Positions 1-9,342 of a DNA stretch of 64,000 nucleotides are shown in pieces; within the stretch, counting starts at the first letter, position 1; every line of letters starts with the position of its first letter. The stretch comes from Patescibacteria group bacterium (GTDB lineage Bacteria; Patescibacteriota; Patescibacteriia; Buchananbacterales; SURF-54). The stretch spans positions 121,089 to 185,088 of the forward strand of contig JAHIRB010000007.1 of assembly GCA_018818885.1 (NCBI GenBank). Reading direction: 5' to 3'. A program made the translations under genes and the position numbers. A model generated the notes under the pieces. It did not search any database, was not told the DNA's origin, and was given only the letters and a program-made list of their open reading frames with translations.

Positions 1-1163
1 ATATCAAAAACCTTAGAACCAGGCAAAGGTACTAGAATAGCAAAATTGGCGAATGTACAATCCAACTCTCTAGCAAATTTAATTGTTTTCATAACTGTTT
101 CTTTAGTTTCCCCTAAATTCCCGATCATAAAACCGCATAAAGATGAAATTTTATATTTTTTTGTAAGTGTAATTACTTCTCTAGCTTTTTCTAATGTTGT
201 TTGTTTGCCTATCGAATCTAAAACTTTTTGATCACCAGATTCTATCCCAAACGCAATCGAATGACACCCAGCTTTTTTCATAATTTTTAATAATTCATCA
301 TCTAAACAATCTACCCTGCTATGACAAACCCAAGAAAGATTAAGCTTCTTTTCTATTAATAAATTGCATACATTGATGACGTGCTTTCGATTGATTGTAA
401 AAGCATCATCAATAAAAGAAATTTCTTTAATATCGTATTTGTCCATTATTAATTCAATTTCTGCCACTATATTTTCGGCACTCCTGTATCTCATGGTTCT
501 ACCAAATACTTTTTTACAACAAAAATTACAGTTAAATGGGCAACCCCTGCTTGTAATGACAGCTCCGGCTTTTCCTTGCACTCTTTTTCGTGTAGCAGAT
601 AAAGTGTATTCACCCATTTCCAATAATTCTCTCGCTGGGAAAGGAAGAATGTCTAAATTTTCGATTAGCTCTCTTTGTCCTGTAAAAACTATTTGATCGT
701 TTTCTTTATAATACAAGCCTTTAATTTCTTTAAATGACTTTTTATTCTTAACGGCTTCGACTAATTCTAAAGCAGTTTGTTCACCTTCTCCTACAACTAC
801 TACGTCAACATTTTCATTTTTTACTGTCTCCTCTGGTAACGTTGTTACATGGTGTCCGCCTATTACTAGTAACATGTTTTTGTTAATTTTTTTTGTTATT
901 TTGGCAATCTGAAAACCCTGATAAATATCAACGGTAGTAGCACTAATTCCCACTATATCAGGATTATAATCTCTAATGTATTCTTCGATTTCCTGAAATT
1001 CTAAGTTCTCTAATAAATTATCCAAAACTTTAACTTGGTAACCTTTTTTCATCAACAAAGCTGCAATATAACTAATCCCTAAAGGGATAGTTAAACCTCC
1101 AGCTTTAGCAAAAAGACTAAAAGCTTTTGTGTTTTTTGGTCTTATTAATAAAATTTTCATAAT
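1..1163 (-). CDS. Cobalamin (B12)-binding radical SAM protein, partial (C-terminal part lies beyond window start)
   Basis: Manual minus-strand translation from ATG at 1163 gives MKILLIRPKNTKAFSLFAKAGGLTIPLGISYIAALL...SRGCPFNCNFCCKK... with no stop down to position 1. N-terminal B12-binding-like Rossmann segment plus CxxxCxxC radical SAM motif; paralog of 1164-2582. Absent from the ORF track because it runs off the edge. Confidence 0.75.
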   Translation of the reverse strand, partial: MMKILLIRPKNTKAFSLFAKAGGLTIPLGISYIAALLMKKGYQVKVLDNLLENLEFQEIEEYIRDYNPDIVGISATTVDIYQGFQIAKITKKINKNMLLVIGGHHVTTLPEETVKNENVDVVVVGEGEQTALELVEAVKNKKSFKEIKGLYYKENDQIVFTGQRELIENLDILPFPARELLEMGEYTLSATRKRVQGKAGAVITSRGCPFNCNFCCKKVFGRTMRYRSAENIVAEIELIMDKYDIKEISFIDDAFTINRKHVINVCNLLIEKKLNLSWVCHSRVDCLDDELLKIMKKAGCHSIAFGIESGDQKVLDSIGKQTTLEKAREVITLTKKYKISSLCGFMIGNLGETKETVMKTIKFARELDCTFANFAILVPLPGSKVFD

Positions 1164-2582
1164 TTATCCAGCGAATTTTTTAGATAACATATTCAATGCA
1201 ATAAAAGTATATTTTTGTAATGTATAGAAATTTCGTACTTTACCAAGCATCCTAAAGATTGATTTTGGTCTAAAGTAGAATTTTCGATAGCCATATTTTA
1301 CATATTTAATTACGTCTGCTGACGAAAGTTCTGTTGTAGAAAGAAGTGGAAATGATTCAAGCTTTTCTCCACTCACCCACTTTTTCCAATAGTCTTTATC
1401 AATATGTCCATGCTCTACAGCCCATTGGAACAAATCCGTGCCTTGGCCATGCAACTGTGTTGGGCTAAACATAACATAATCTGCATCAAGCTCTATCGAA
1501 AAATTAATAGATTCCTTAACAGTTTCTTTTGTCTCTTGAGGAGATCCGATCATAAAGTAAGCAAAAGTTTCAATTTTATATTGTTTGCAGAGTTTAAAAG
1601 CTCTTTTGATTTGCTCTTTGTTGATATTTTTTTTCAAAACTTTTAGAATTTCTTCGTTGCCAGCTTCTACACCAAATCTAATACGATAGCATCCTGCTTT
1701 TTTCATAATCTTAATTAATTCTTCATCAACTAAATCTACCCTAGTTCTACATTCCCAAATGATATTCCAATCTTTTTTTGTAATCTCGTTACACAATTCA
1801 ATTGTTCGTTTTTTATCTACAGTAAAAGTATCATCATAAAAAATAATTTCTTGAATATTATACTTATTATATAAAGTATCTAGCTCATCAATTACACTTT
1901 TTACACTGCGCATTCTATAAGTACGACCAAGACGGCAATCACGTTCACAATAAATACAGTTGTATGGGCAACCGCGAGTAGTTATCATAGAAGCAAATGT
2001 TCGTTTTTTTGCTAGCACATCTTGATATTTACCTAACGACAACAAATGCCAGGCTACTTGCGGACTTTCATCTAGATTTTGAATGAATTGTCGAGGCTGG
2101 GTAACTTTTACTTCATCACCTTGACGATATACAATACCTTCAACATTTTGTGTGTCTGCATTATTTTCAATAGCTTTTGCTAAATCAACAATTGTTAGTT
2201 CACCTTCGTTAATTACTCCATAATCAAAACATTTAAACTTTAAAGTAATTTCTGGAAAAATTACTAAGTGTGGTCCACCTAATACGATTTTAATATTATC
2301 TAACTCTTCCTTAATTTTTTCTGCTGCTTCGCGTGCTTTATGAAAAGTAATTGTTGTGGTAGAAAGACCAATAAGTTCAGGATTAAATTCTTTGGCAGCT
2401 TTAATAACACCTAGAAGATCTAGGTTATCAGTTTCGGCATCAATAATTTTAACTTCATGTCCGGCTATTTCTAATGCAGAAGCTATGTAACCTAAGCCGA
2501 GAGGAGGAACTTTATTTTTTAAAACCCTCGCCAGAGACGAAACTTCTGTTCTGAATGGAGGGTATATTAGGAGTATTTTCAT
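1164..2582 (-). CDS. Cobalamin-binding radical SAM enzyme (class B radical SAM)
   Basis: 472 aa. N-terminal B12-binding-like domain (MKILLIYPPF...GLGYIASALE). Radical SAM cysteine motif TTRGCPYNCIYCE. Confidence 0.85.
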   Translation of the reverse strand: MKILLIYPPFRTEVSSLARVLKNKVPPLGLGYIASALEIAGHEVKIIDAETDNLDLLGVIKAAKEFNPELIGLSTTTITFHKAREAAEKIKEELDNIKIVLGGPHLVIFPEITLKFKCFDYGVINEGELTIVDLAKAIENNADTQNVEGIVYRQGDEVKVTQPRQFIQNLDESPQVAWHLLSLGKYQDVLAKKRTFASMITTRGCPYNCIYCERDCRLGRTYRMRSVKSVIDELDTLYNKYNIQEIIFYDDTFTVDKKRTIELCNEITKKDWNIIWECRTRVDLVDEELIKIMKKAGCYRIRFGVEAGNEEILKVLKKNINKEQIKRAFKLCKQYKIETFAYFMIGSPQETKETVKESINFSIELDADYVMFSPTQLHGQGTDLFQWAVEHGHIDKDYWKKWVSGEKLESFPLLSTTELSSADVIKYVKYGYRKFYFRPKSIFRMLGKVRNFYTLQKYTFIALNMLSKKFAG

Positions 2583-3551
2583 TTAGATGAAATCAATATT
2601 TGATTCTTTCTCAGGATGTTTGATATGATATAACAATTTATTTATTTCGTGATTTTTGCAACAGACCTGGCAGTCGGTATTGACTAACTTACATTTTTTT
2701 ATTTCTTTTCTTTTCTCTCCTGACCAGATATCTAAAAAACTATCCTTATATAAATTACCTAAAATGTATCCTTTTTTTCCTAACTTGTACATGCAGACGT
2801 TGACATCACCATTGTAATCAATAACTGGGCAGAAAAAATGTCCATAACAAACATCATAGCTACGTGGCTGAACACTGTCTGCAAATTTGTATTCAGAAAG
2901 AAAAATTTTAAACTTATCATCTTCTAATTCTTTTAATTTTTCTGGCACTTCGAATTTAGGTTGTTCTTTGTACAATTTTGCCAAGGCAGGTCTGACCTGA
3001 AAATAATCCACCCCTAACTCTTTCGCCTCTTTTGCGTATTTATAAGCGTCGTCGTAGTTTTCTTTTGTGATATTCAAACATATACCAATTGGTGTTTTAG
3101 AATCTACATATTCCTTAAGTAATTTTTTATCAATGCCATCCATGTATTTCTCAGTTAAAGATATTCTTATCCATTCAAAGTATTCAGGATCAACTCTGTT
3201 CTTTTCGTAATCAAGTGCATTTGTAAATAAACCTTGGGAATAACCTAGGCTATTAGCATGTTTAGCAAATTCATTAAAATTTGGATGCAGGGTTGGTTCT
3301 CCCCCGCCAGTCCAAGATATTGCCTTAACTCCAGCAGATGAAAGTTGGGAAAGAGTTTTTAGCATCACTTCTTTATCAATTTTTTCTCCGTTCTTATTAC
3401 CAGCGTAGAAACACCATGGACACTCAGCATTACAATAATTAGTTGGTGCTATTTCAATCAACACAGGCATAGCATCTCCGCTTTTTAGCCAGGCATTAAT
3501 TTTATCCCAATGCCAGAGAAGTTTCATTTGTGGGTTAAAAATAACTTTCAT
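2583..3551 (-). CDS. Radical SAM protein with C-terminal SPASM/twitch-like cysteine cluster
   Basis: CNAECPWC (CxxxCxxC) near N-terminus. C-terminal Cys-rich segment (CMYKL...CKLVNTDCQVCCKNHE). Confidence 0.75.
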   Translation of the reverse strand: MKVIFNPQMKLLWHWDKINAWLKSGDAMPVLIEIAPTNYCNAECPWCFYAGNKNGEKIDKEVMLKTLSQLSSAGVKAISWTGGGEPTLHPNFNEFAKHANSLGYSQGLFTNALDYEKNRVDPEYFEWIRISLTEKYMDGIDKKLLKEYVDSKTPIGICLNITKENYDDAYKYAKEAKELGVDYFQVRPALAKLYKEQPKFEVPEKLKELEDDKFKIFLSEYKFADSVQPRSYDVCYGHFFCPVIDYNGDVNVCMYKLGKKGYILGNLYKDSFLDIWSGEKRKEIKKCKLVNTDCQVCCKNHEINKLLYHIKHPEKESNIDFI

Positions 3552-4329
3552 GTATGTATTCTTTTAATGCTTTTTTATAAGGTCTTAATAATTTGCTTTT
3601 AGAAGAAGAATCGCGGCATCTTGGCGCGATATCTTTATATTTATTATCGATATAAAAATTTGGTTTTTTGCCTACTATCTTAGCAATTTCATTTGCCAGC
3701 TCCCATCTAGTGACTCTTCCTTGGTTAGTAGCCTCATATACACCATATTTCTTTTTTTTGTAGTATTCTATACAGAGTTTTACTAAGTCTTTTGAATAAG
3801 TTGGTGAACTCCACCGATTGTTTGTAACACCAATTTTCTTATTTTTATCTAATACAGACAGTATATATTCTACAAAATTTTCATGTTTTTGTCCAGTCTT
3901 ACCAAATAAAATATCTGTTTTAAAAACATAGTATTTTTTCATATCTAAGCTTTTAGGTATTTCTGAAGAAACTTTTTTTGTAAATGCATAGATGTTAGTG
4001 ATTTCTTGATCGACTGTTGAACCTATATGCATAAACTCAATCTCATGTTCAAGACAAGCCAATGCCATATAATAAGGTGCTAGTATGTTAAGATTGATTG
4101 CTTTTTGCTTATTTGTTTGACAAAAATCAATATTAGATATGCCAGTACAATTTATAACCAAATCGTACTTATTAGTAATAATTTTTGACACATCTGCTTT
4201 TTTCGTAACATCACATTTATTCTTTTTCGGTAACACCAAACTATAACCTAATTTTTTAAATTGACGGACGAATTCTGAACCTAACTTTCCCGTACTTCCA
4301 AATATTAAAATTTTTTTCTTTTTTGTCAT
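3535..4329 (-). CDS. NAD(P)-dependent sugar nucleotide reductase/epimerase, RmlD-like
   Basis: GSTGKLG Rossmann motif; SPTYSKDLV region resembles the dTDP-4-dehydrorhamnose reductase family. Overlaps the upstream gene by 17 bp, so it sits in the operon. Confidence 0.6.
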   Translation of the reverse strand: MTKKKKILIFGSTGKLGSEFVRQFKKLGYSLVLPKKNKCDVTKKADVSKIITNKYDLVINCTGISNIDFCQTNKQKAINLNILAPYYMALACLEHEIEFMHIGSTVDQEITNIYAFTKKVSSEIPKSLDMKKYYVFKTDILFGKTGQKHENFVEYILSVLDKNKKIGVTNNRWSSPTYSKDLVKLCIEYYKKKKYGVYEATNQGRVTRWELANEIAKIVGKKPNFYIDNKYKDIAPRCRDSSSKSKLLRPYKKALKEYIHESYF

Positions 4330-4332
4330 ATT

Positions 4333-5892
4333 TTAAATCTTTGATTCTTTAACGGTTAATACCCTTAATAAAAACTTTATGTTTTGTAATATTTTAATTG
4401 GAGAACCCAATAGATACTGCACCACTCCTAATATTGCTAAGTACCGTTCTTTAAATTTATTCATAAATGATCGCTTGCCTGGATCCCCAATTCTGACTAT
4501 GTGTTGACGAATGAGTACACGACTTAGATAGTGATCTTTATTTTTTAGTGATTCTTTGATTACATGTGGCAAAACTTTTTCGTGCGGAATGTTTTCATAT
4601 ATTGGAATATGAACCGGCGCTGAAAGTAAATAATTTCTGGAATTGTTGTAATTTTTTACCCAAGAAAAATTTAGTTGTCCTTGTTCTTTTGCTACTTGTT
4701 CTAAAGGGCTACCAGGATAAATGCGTAAAGGCGTAAGACCTCCAGCTTGGATTAAATATTTTCTAAGCTTATGATGCTGTTTGATATTTTCTGTCAGGTC
4801 ATCCAAGGTTTCCCCAGGACTTTCTATTAAAACTCCGCCTCGAACAATTATTTTATTATTATGAAGTATTTCTAAAGCCTTCCAAGTTTGTTCTACTGTG
4901 ATTTTTTTGTTCATTAGTTTTAAAGTATGATTGCTGAGATTTTCAATTCCTAATGTGATCATCCTGCCGCCACTTTCGTAAATCAACTTAGCTGTTTCAT
5001 CATCTAAAGCATCAATGCGAGCCAAGCAAGCATACCTGATCTTCTTATCTAAATTCTTTAAGCCATTGGCCAGCTCAAAAAACCATTTTTTATCTGCTAT
5101 CAAATGGTCGTCTTGAAAAACAAAATCATAAATGCCTCTATCGATATAATACTTGACGTGCCTGATGGCGTTTTCAGGACTTATATTTCTTAATGTTCTG
5201 TGCCACATGGCATCTGCGGAACAAAACGTACAATTATACGGACAACCCCTGGCAAAGATCAAATTTGCCATTGGCCTGTTTGAACGTGACTGCTTGACAA
5301 ACTCAATTGTTTCTAAATTATCAAACGCTTTATCTGTTGGTAAATACGACTTATATTGATTTATCTTTGTCATTTCGTAATCTGGCATTGGTAAGTCGTT
5401 TAGATCTTTTATTAGTTCAGCATTTTTATTTATTATGATTTCATTGTTTTGACGATACGTGATACCTTTAATATTTTTAAAAGATGAATTATTTTTTACT
5501 GCTTCTATTATTTCTGCTATTGTTATTTCTCCTTCGTGACGGACTACAATATCGACAAAATCCAGTTCTTTGATAATCTCTTTGTGCACCATGGTAGGAA
5601 AAGGTCCTCCCATAATGACTAAACTCTCTGGTAATGTTTCTTTGGCAATTTTGGCTGTATTAATACCTGCGAGTCGATCTTCTGCATTACTACTTATTCC
5701 GATAATATCTGGCTTAGTTTGCAGTAACCTAGTTTTAAAATCATCCTGAGATGGATCCTCCAAATATGCATCTTGATAAATAACTTCACAACCTTTTTGC
5801 TTGGCAATAGTTGCAATATACAAAGGCCCAATGGGTGGTAAAATATGTTTTTCTCCGTAATATCCAACCGGATTTGTAATAAAAAATTTCAT
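4333..5892 (-). CDS. Cobalamin-binding radical SAM enzyme
   Basis: 519 aa. B12-binding-like N-terminus. ARGCPYNCTFCSAD motif. Confidence 0.85.
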   Translation of the reverse strand: MKFFITNPVGYYGEKHILPPIGPLYIATIAKQKGCEVIYQDAYLEDPSQDDFKTRLLQTKPDIIGISSNAEDRLAGINTAKIAKETLPESLVIMGGPFPTMVHKEIIKELDFVDIVVRHEGEITIAEIIEAVKNNSSFKNIKGITYRQNNEIIINKNAELIKDLNDLPMPDYEMTKINQYKSYLPTDKAFDNLETIEFVKQSRSNRPMANLIFARGCPYNCTFCSADAMWHRTLRNISPENAIRHVKYYIDRGIYDFVFQDDHLIADKKWFFELANGLKNLDKKIRYACLARIDALDDETAKLIYESGGRMITLGIENLSNHTLKLMNKKITVEQTWKALEILHNNKIIVRGGVLIESPGETLDDLTENIKQHHKLRKYLIQAGGLTPLRIYPGSPLEQVAKEQGQLNFSWVKNYNNSRNYLLSAPVHIPIYENIPHEKVLPHVIKESLKNKDHYLSRVLIRQHIVRIGDPGKRSFMNKFKERYLAILGVVQYLLGSPIKILQNIKFLLRVLTVKESKI

Positions 5893-7106
5893 TACTTCTT
5901 GTTTATTAATTCTTGATAAGCATCTTTCATTCTTTGTGCTAATACTCTGTATTCATGATTTTTAATAATGTAATCACGAGAACTTTTGCCATATTCATTA
6001 ATTAGACTTTGGTTGTTTACAAATTTTTCTATAGCTTCTGCAAGTTCATTAACATTGCCATGTTCAACTGGAATACCAAGCTTTTTTTGTTCAAAATCGT
6101 GCGTATCATAATCTTTAGCTAATATTACGGGTTTTGACATTGACATTGCTTCTACATGAGCTTTATACAAGCCAAACTGTCCTAAAGCATCAAGCACAAA
6201 CACATCACAAATTGATAAGTAATCTAACCTTTCATCCCCTACTACTTTTCCAACAAATTCTATTTTTTTATTTTGACTAGCTAATTTTTTAAAATCTTCT
6301 ACTGTAGATTTAGCACCTTCGCCAGCAATAATTAGTTTGACGTTTTGATGTTTCTGGCATAGTTGATTGAATGCTTGAATTAAATAATGAGTTCCTTTTC
6401 TCTTGGAAACCATGCTTAAAAATAAAAAAGTTATTACATTTGGGTTTTTTCTAAATTTTGACTGGTATGTAGGATCAAATTTTTCTGAATCTACTGCCAT
6501 GGGAATTGATACAAACTTTGACTGATATCCTTTTTCTTTAAGATCTGTTTCAATTTTTGTTTCGCGCATTCCATATACATCGACACTACGTGGAAAATTT
6601 TCGTCTTTAATGAAAAGTTGGTAAAAATATTTAGAAAATTTATTAAATATTTTTTCAAAAAAACTGTATGTAGGTTTTATTGAAATTTCTTCCCATTTTT
6701 TTTGACGATCGTAATTTATGTCACCCAGAAAATTTTTATCTTCGTAATCGTACGGAAGGTCCGCAGTAGAAACAAATGGTTTAATTTTAAACTTAGAATA
6801 TGGATGAGGGCCATTTGTTGGTGCCAGATGAATAATATCAATTTTTTTAAAAAAAACTATTGGTAAAGAATAAAAAAATGTTTTAAGCATGTAGGGCTTG
6901 GTAAAATTTGGTTGTTTCTTGCAACCAGGTACAGTATAAATTTTAATATTAGGGTGTAACTTATTTTCTATAATTTCTGTAAAAGTAGAAACAACAAAAA
7001 TTTTCACACCTAATTTTGCAAGAGCATTTGAAAGACCCCAGGTTCCTTGTGATTCTCCCCCAACGTGGGTATCAGAGAAAATATGAGTTAGAAATAGTAT
7101 ATTCAC
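5892..7106 (-). CDS. Glycosyltransferase, GT-B fold (GT4-like)
   Basis: 404 aa. C-terminal GT1/GT4-type region (KVVGDERL...DVFVLDALGQFGL...EAMSMSKPVI). Confidence 0.55.
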   Translation of the reverse strand: MNILFLTHIFSDTHVGGESQGTWGLSNALAKLGVKIFVVSTFTEIIENKLHPNIKIYTVPGCKKQPNFTKPYMLKTFFYSLPIVFFKKIDIIHLAPTNGPHPYSKFKIKPFVSTADLPYDYEDKNFLGDINYDRQKKWEEISIKPTYSFFEKIFNKFSKYFYQLFIKDENFPRSVDVYGMRETKIETDLKEKGYQSKFVSIPMAVDSEKFDPTYQSKFRKNPNVITFLFLSMVSKRKGTHYLIQAFNQLCQKHQNVKLIIAGEGAKSTVEDFKKLASQNKKIEFVGKVVGDERLDYLSICDVFVLDALGQFGLYKAHVEAMSMSKPVILAKDYDTHDFEQKKLGIPVEHGNVNELAEAIEKFVNNQSLINEYGKSSRDYIIKNHEYRVLAQRMKDAYQELINKK

Positions 7107-7138
7107 TTGACAGTTTTAATTAATTATGTTATTATAAT
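7107..7138 (+). promoter_or_regulatory. Candidate sigma70-type promoter for the plus-strand gene
   Basis: TTGACA at 7107-7112, 17-nt spacer, TATTAT at 7130-7135. A GGAGG box at 7185-7189 precedes the ORF. Confidence 0.35.
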
Positions 7139-7182
7139 TAGTCTATTTAGACAATAAATTGATATTTGACAATTAAACGAAA

Positions 7183-7971
7183 TTGGAGGTGATTGAATTG
7201 GCCGAAAAAAAGATTGTAAAAAATTCTGTGGTGATAGTAACAATCACAATGGTACGAGATCAGGAAGAATACAACAGAATGGTGTCAACTCATCGCTCAC
7301 TCTCACAGCTCGCATTAACCAATGACTGGAAAGTGGTAACCGTAAACCGACCAACCAATAGTACTTTCCAAAAAAGATTGGAATATGCATTTGAAGATTT
7401 CAATATTGAAGTCATCAAGTGCACAGAAGGTTCTGTCGGACTTCAGCTGGCCACTGCTTATGTTGAGGGCTCAAAAAGAGCTCAAGATATGGTTTTGTAT
7501 ACTGAAGGTGACAAAACCGATTTTGTTCCATTTATTGGAAAAATACTTGCTCAAGCAGCGGACCACGAACGGATATTCAACACGTCACCTGCAATGTTGG
7601 TGCCAGGCAGAATTAATATGGGTATATATTCTTGTACCCGGAAATCGCCAGAACGGATAACTAACCTCATCCAATCATTTTTGATTGGGACAAAGGGTGA
7701 TTATCAATATGGGCCGAAACTATTTGATCCAAAGATCATCTTGCCACACGAAAAAATAATTATGGATTATGTCAAGAAGCGACCTGGCTGGCAAGTAGCA
7801 ACATGGCTTCCAATTTTTTTAGCCATACGCTATCCTGGTCAAGTAATTCCCTGCCCAATCAACGTACAACCAATGAAAGGCGAAGACAAGAATTTCTTTA
7901 AAGATCTTCGATTTCGTTTCCTTACTCAATTGCGACAAGCAATTGTCGCAATGTGGGATGCGGCGCAATAA
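7183..7971 (+). CDS. Hypothetical protein (GC-richer than its neighbours); true start may be a downstream TTG/GTG
   Basis: 262-aa ORF on the opposite strand to the surrounding operon. Has its own promoter-like boxes and a terminator hairpin. No family recognised. Confidence 0.5.
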   Translation: MEVIELAEKKIVKNSVVIVTITMVRDQEEYNRMVSTHRSLSQLALTNDWKVVTVNRPTNSTFQKRLEYAFEDFNIEVIKCTEGSVGLQLATAYVEGSKRAQDMVLYTEGDKTDFVPFIGKILAQAADHERIFNTSPAMLVPGRINMGIYSCTRKSPERITNLIQSFLIGTKGDYQYGPKLFDPKIILPHEKIIMDYVKKRPGWQVATWLPIFLAIRYPGQVIPCPINVQPMKGEDKNFFKDLRFRFLTQLRQAIVAMWDAAQ

Positions 7972-7976
7972 ACCAC

Positions 7977-8010
7977 GGCTTCAAGTCAGCACGACTTGGA
8001 GCCGTTTTTT
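7977..8010 (+). terminator. Rho-independent terminator
   Basis: GGCTTCAAGTC-agcac-GACTTGGAGCC stem followed by GTTTTTT. Confidence 0.6.
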
Positions 8011-8012
8011 CT

Positions 8013-9341
8013 TTAATGTTCAAGTTTATTTAATTTTTTTCTCAATGCAACAAAATTAACTATCAATGAAAATAACGACCAATATACTATCAAAACTACT
8101 GTGCTTTTGAGTGCTGTTGTATATTGCAGGCTTATGACAAATAGTAAAAGTCCTGTTATTAAATTAGTTATATTGATTGTTATCACTGTTTTCATTTTAT
8201 TCATTGTTCTGTAAAGCGAACTATACCCAACTGCAAAACCAGCAAAAATTGTACCCAAACTCAAGACATAAACTAATTTAATGCTTAGTATAAACTGCTG
8301 ACCGTAAAAAACTTTTATTAGTATTGGTGCAATCATCAAAAATAATATTGTTAAAACTATAAAAGTAAGCCCAGTATACAATGCTGATTTGTAATAATTA
8401 CTCTTTAGATCATTAGCGCTTGCTGCTTTTGCTTTTGGTAATTGTATCTGAAGTAAGCGCGCAATTGGGCCTAAAAATACTTTAGGTAGTGCAAGATATG
8501 CGATGGCAATTTTCAAATTTGCAACTTGTTCTGGACTCGATAACGCTCCTAGAAATATTACAGGCAATAAACTAAAGGAATTTGCAATATTTTTATCCAC
8601 TGCAATCGAAAAACCAAACTTAAAATATTTTGAAATTTTTACATTAGGAAAATTTCTTATGATCTCTGGCAATGAGGATACTAAACTATTACGAGTTGCA
8701 AAATGATAATATATCCATAAAGAACAAAACATAAAGCCAAAAGCTGTTAAGAAATGTCCCCAAACAATACCCCACAACCCAAACCCTAGCAATACAAATG
8801 TGATAGGTGCACCATGCAAGAAAAACTTATTAACATTTTCTATTATCGTTAAATATTTAATCTTTCTAAGTACCTGGAGCATTATCATTAAAAGAGAAAG
8901 AAAGGTTCGCAGTATTGTTGCAAATATTACTAAACGAGCAAAACTTCCAATTTCTGGACGATGATATATAAGGCCGGAAAGCTGTGGTGAAAAAATTATT
9001 GCTAATATTCCTATTACTATAGCAATATACAAATTTGATTTTAAGAAATAAGTTAGAATATTTTTCATTTCATTTCGATCTCCACGTGCATAACTTTCTG
9101 AAAGTAGTGTTAAAGTAGCATATCCAACTCCCCAATCCATAAAAATACCCACTAAACCCGCAAAAGCAAAAATCAGAGCATAATTACCATAAAGCTCCGA
9201 ACCTAGAACTCTGGCATATATTACTGACGCAACTAAAGCCAGCCCAGTTCCTACAAAAGATCCTATTTGTAAAGTGAATACATCTTTTACAAATTTTAAT
9301 TTCCAGAGGTTATTAATTTTTTCTTTGATTATTTTTACCAT
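8013..9341 (-). CDS. Polysaccharide/oligosaccharide flippase, Wzx-like (MOP superfamily)
   Basis: 442 aa with about 12 predicted TM helices. Sits in a glycosyltransferase context. Confidence 0.65.
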   Translation of the reverse strand: MVKIIKEKINNLWKLKFVKDVFTLQIGSFVGTGLALVASVIYARVLGSELYGNYALIFAFAGLVGIFMDWGVGYATLTLLSESYARGDRNEMKNILTYFLKSNLYIAIVIGILAIIFSPQLSGLIYHRPEIGSFARLVIFATILRTFLSLLMIMLQVLRKIKYLTIIENVNKFFLHGAPITFVLLGFGLWGIVWGHFLTAFGFMFCSLWIYYHFATRNSLVSSLPEIIRNFPNVKISKYFKFGFSIAVDKNIANSFSLLPVIFLGALSSPEQVANLKIAIAYLALPKVFLGPIARLLQIQLPKAKAASANDLKSNYYKSALYTGLTFIVLTILFLMIAPILIKVFYGQQFILSIKLVYVLSLGTIFAGFAVGYSSLYRTMNKMKTVITINITNLITGLLLFVISLQYTTALKSTVVLIVYWSLFSLIVNFVALRKKLNKLEH

Positions 9342-9342
9342 A

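Noticed and set aside
46-696. Plus-strand ORFs 46-231 and 364-696
   Set aside because: They lie antisense within the partial B12-radical SAM gene (<1-1163, minus strand), which has a clean domain-containing frame. They have low-complexity composition and no motifs.
1404-1646. Antisense ORFs inside long genes: 1404-1646, 5153-5359, 7385-7660, 8503-8706, 9380-9592, 9776-9973, 10082-10276, 10454-10639, 13586-13870, 13986-14294, 17045-17744, 19652-19849, 20752-20979, 24902-25489, 26459-27159, 27895-28086, 28639-28851, 29580-29828, 32502-32693, 40193-40387, 41275-41694, 43528-43737, 44184-44372, 46432-47598, 49900-50082, 50872-51223, 52113-52319, 54390-54820, 56623-56805, 59882-60386, 60388-60663, 61585-62219, 62500-63182
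   Set aside because: Each is embedded in, or antisense to, a longer ORF with recognisable domains. None has motifs. Typical AT-rich-genome frame noise.
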